The notes under the pieces: generated by a model
Told to the model about the DNA's origin: nothing
Databases searched by the model: none
The model's input: only the letters and a program-made list of their open reading frames with translations
Made by a program: the position numbers and the translations under genes
Assembly: GCF_900105015.1 (NCBI RefSeq)
Contig: NZ_FNLK01000005.1
Span: forward strand, 180,001 to 212,000
Length of the DNA: 32,000 bases
Direction of reading: 5' to 3'
Origin: Schaalia meyeri
GTDB lineage: Bacteria > Actinomycetota > Actinomycetes > Actinomycetales > Actinomycetaceae
In this document: positions 29,691 through 32,000 of the stretch, piece by piece
Position numbering within the stretch: the stretch's first letter is position 1
How the letters are laid out: the number at the start of each line of letters is the position of its first letter

Positions 29691-31778
29691 TCACGACCGG
29701 GCAGCCTCCTCGATGGACTCCTTCGCCGCGGCAACCACGTGCTTGGCGTCGATTCCGTATTCCTCGAAGAGAACGGTGCCAGGTGCGGACGCCCCGAAGC
29801 GCTCGATCGATACCGCGCGTCCGGCATCTCCGATCCAACGGTACCAGGGCAGGGCGATGCCAGCCTCGACGGAAACGCGTGCTCGCACGGAGGGCGGCAG
29901 GACCTCGTCGCGGTAGTCGCGATCCTGCGCCTCGAACCAGTCGAGGCAGGGGACGGATACGACGCGGGCGGCGACGCCCTCGGCGGCGAGGGTCTCGCGC
30001 GCTTCCAGCGCGACGGCTACCTCGGAACCGGACGCCATGAGGATCACGTCGGGCGTTCCCTCGGTGTCCGCCAAGACGTAGGCGCCTTTGTTGAGGTTCT
30101 CCGTTCCAGCCAGGGGAGTGTTCTCGCCGCGCGCGGGGTTGGGCAGGTTCTGGCGGGACAAGATGATGGCCGCGGGGTGGGACTGCTCAAGGATCGCCTT
30201 CCAGGAGGCGGCCGTCTCGGCCGCATCTGCGGGGCGGACAACCGCGAGGTTCGGAATCGCCCTATAGGACGCGAGGTGCTCAATGGGTTGGTGGGTCGGC
30301 CCGTCCTCGCCGACACCGATAGAGTCGTGGGTCCACACGTAGGTGACAGGCAGGTCCATGAGGGCGGCCAGGCGCACTGCCCCGCGCATGAAGTCGGAGA
30401 ACACGAAAAACGTGCCGCCGTAGGCGCGAGTAAAGCCGTCGGCGGCGATGCCGTTGAGGGCGGCACCCATCCCAAACTCGCGCACGCCAAAGTGCAGGTT
30501 TCGGCCGAACTCGTTACCGCTGAACGCGCTCGATGAGCGGTGTGCGGGCAGGAAGGACGGCTCGCCCTTGACGAAGGTATTGTTCGATCCTGCCAGGTCG
30601 GCGGAGCCCCCCCACAGTTCCGGCAGGACGGGTGCGATCGCGTTGAGGACCTGACCGGAGGCGGCACGGGTGGCGATTGCCTTTCCCTCTTCGAAGGTTG
30701 GCAGGGCGTCCGCCCAGCCCTCGGGCAGGCGTCCCTCGGCGAGGCGCTGAAGGAGCGCGGCCTGCTCGGGGTGCGAGCCTTTCCACGCCTCGAAGCGAGC
30801 GTCCCAGTCGCGACGATACTCGGCGGCGCGGGTAGCGGCCCGCTCGCGTACCTTCGTCACGAGCGCCTCGTCAGCGTCGAACATCTTGTCCGGGTCAGCT
30901 CCCAGGGTCTCCTTTAGGCCCCTGAGCGCGTCGGTGCCGAGCTTGGACCCGTGGATACCGCCGGTGTTCTGCTTGCCGGGGGTGGGCCAGCCAATGATGG
31001 TGCGCAGCGCGATGAGGGATGGCTTCGTCGTCTCAGCCTTGGCCGCGTCGAGCGCGTCGCTCAGGGCAACCGTGTCCTCGTCGTAAGAGCCGTCCTCGGA
31101 GAGCCAGTTGACGCGCTGGACGTGCCAGCCGTAGGACTCGTAGCGGGCCAGCACATCCTCGTTGAAGGCGATGGAGGTGTCATCTTCGATCGAGATGTGG
31201 TTGTCATCCCAGATGACGGTGATGTTGCCCAGCTCCTGGGTACCCGCCAGCGAGGACGCCTCGGCGGAAACGCCTTCCTCGAAGCATCCGTCTCCGGCGA
31301 TCACGTAGACGTGGTGGTCAAAGACGGACTCGCCCAGCGGCGTATCGGCGTCCAGCAGGCCGTGGACACGGCGCGCGTTCATGGCGAAACCGACGGCAGA
31401 GGCGATGCCAGTTCCGAGGGGGCCCGTTGTGATCTCAACGCCCTTGGTGTGACCGTACTCGGGGTGGCCGGGGGTCAATGAGCCGGCGGTGCGCAGCTTC
31501 TCGATGTCCTCCAGTTCGAGACCGAAGCCCGTGAGGTAGAGCTGAACGTACTGGGTGAGGGAGGAATGTCCTGCCGATAGGATGAAGCGGTCGCGGCCGA
31601 TCCACCGCGGATCCGCAGGATCGACGTTCATGACCTTGTTGTAGAGAAGATAGGCTGCGGGTGCCAGCGAAATGGCGGTGCCGGGGTGGCCCGATCCGGC
31701 CTGCTCGACAGCATCCGCCGCCAGGATCTTCGCGGTCTTCACCGCTTCGTCGTCAATGTGGTCCCACTGTAGTGTCAC
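29691..31778 (-). CDS. tkt: transketolase
   Basis: 695 aa with the GSGHPG TPP motif, GDGCFEEG, and the central and C-terminal transketolase domains. GTG start with GGAGA SD. Confidence 0.97.
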   Translation of the reverse strand: MTLQWDHIDDEAVKTAKILAADAVEQAGSGHPGTAISLAPAAYLLYNKVMNVDPADPRWIGRDRFILSAGHSSLTQYVQLYLTGFGLELEDIEKLRTAGSLTPGHPEYGHTKGVEITTGPLGTGIASAVGFAMNARRVHGLLDADTPLGESVFDHHVYVIAGDGCFEEGVSAEASSLAGTQELGNITVIWDDNHISIEDDTSIAFNEDVLARYESYGWHVQRVNWLSEDGSYDEDTVALSDALDAAKAETTKPSLIALRTIIGWPTPGKQNTGGIHGSKLGTDALRGLKETLGADPDKMFDADEALVTKVRERAATRAAEYRRDWDARFEAWKGSHPEQAALLQRLAEGRLPEGWADALPTFEEGKAIATRAASGQVLNAIAPVLPELWGGSADLAGSNNTFVKGEPSFLPAHRSSSAFSGNEFGRNLHFGVREFGMGAALNGIAADGFTRAYGGTFFVFSDFMRGAVRLAALMDLPVTYVWTHDSIGVGEDGPTHQPIEHLASYRAIPNLAVVRPADAAETAASWKAILEQSHPAAIILSRQNLPNPARGENTPLAGTENLNKGAYVLADTEGTPDVILMASGSEVAVALEARETLAAEGVAARVVSVPCLDWFEAQDRDYRDEVLPPSVRARVSVEAGIALPWYRWIGDAGRAVSIERFGASAPGTVLFEEYGIDAKHVVAAAKESIEEAARS

Positions 31779-31894
31779 GTCGGTCTCCAGCTGTTGGGCC
31801 CCAGCGTTGGGGCTTGAAAAGGTTTACCGTGTCACAGTCTAGCGAAATTGTGTGCGCTCGGATAGCGCTCCCACGCATTCGCCGGTTTCTCGCA

Positions 31895-31900
31895 TACGCT
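31895..31900 (+). promoter_or_regulatory. -10-like hexamer TACGCT 6 nt upstream of ATG 31907
   Basis: TACGCT, spacer GGCGCT, ATG 31907. Confidence 0.35.
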
Positions 31901-31906
31901 GGCGCT

Positions 31907-32000
31907 ATGACTTCCATGGATGCCCTCGTGAGTGATTGGGCGGACTATTTGCGCGTCGAGAAGGGGGTGTCCGCTCACACGGTGTCGAGCTATCGCAGGG
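31907..32000 (+). CDS. tyrosine recombinase, XerC/XerD-like (5' partial; continues beyond the window)
   Basis: My own translation is MTSMDALVSDWADYLRVEKGVSAHTVSSYRR. The pattern (F/W)xxYLxxExGxSxxTxxxYRR is the N-terminal core-binding (SAM-like) domain signature of Xer/phage integrases. Only 31 codons are visible. Confidence 0.5.
   Translation, partial: MTSMDALVSDWADYLRVEKGVSAHTVSSYRR

Noticed and set aside
29543-29827. N-terminal extension of the zwf ORF overlapping the tkt 3' end
   Set aside because: The R/S/P-rich extension lacks homology. GTG 29542 has GGAGGA 6 nt upstream and gives a typical G6PD N-terminus.
29679-30536. 285-aa plus-strand ORF
   Set aside because: It is antisense to tkt, has a G/R/D-rich translation, and has no start-site signals.

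Overview
This is a high-GC actinobacterial chromosome segment, and almost all of it is conserved housekeeping genes. On the + strand the order is coaE, uvrB, a leader RNA, two tandem TerC-family membrane genes, a P-type cation ATPase, uvrA and a small membrane ORF. A YciI-like gene sits on the - strand between the ATPase and uvrA. Next come two tandem FadD-like acyl-CoA ligases and glnA on the - strand. The + strand then carries uvrC, a truncated purT remnant, rapZ, yvcK, whiA, gap, pgk, tpiA and secG. The - strand carries pgl, opcA, zwf and tkt, and the 5' end of a Xer-like tyrosine recombinase runs off the right edge. I found no rRNA, tRNA, CRISPR array, transposase, or defence or toxin cassette, and no multi-gene system of unknown function. 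The second-look signals are regulatory or structural. (1) The leader upstream of the TerC-TerC-ATPase operon has the L1 architecture of a yybP-ykoY (Mn2+) riboswitch, plus a 10-bp hairpin that sequesters the ribosome-binding site (SD) and shares its 5' arm with the aptamer closing helix. (2) Six start codons, including uvrA, uvrB and uvrC, lie exactly 6 nt downstream of a TANNNT hexamer and have no SD, which suggests leaderless mRNAs. (3) The uvrB upstream region has an exact tTGTCGGTG (RecA-NDp/PafBC-type) motif separated from its -10 by one copy of a 28-nt repeat. (4) A purT N-terminal remnant is translationally coupled to uvrC. (5) Long perfect GC hairpins sit at the gap/pgk, tpiA/secG and tkt/zwf junctions. 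(6) tal is absent from the otherwise canonical tkt-(tal)-zwf-opcA-pgl cluster. All calls come from reading the sequence and the ORF translations and from recalled family motifs; no database search was run.
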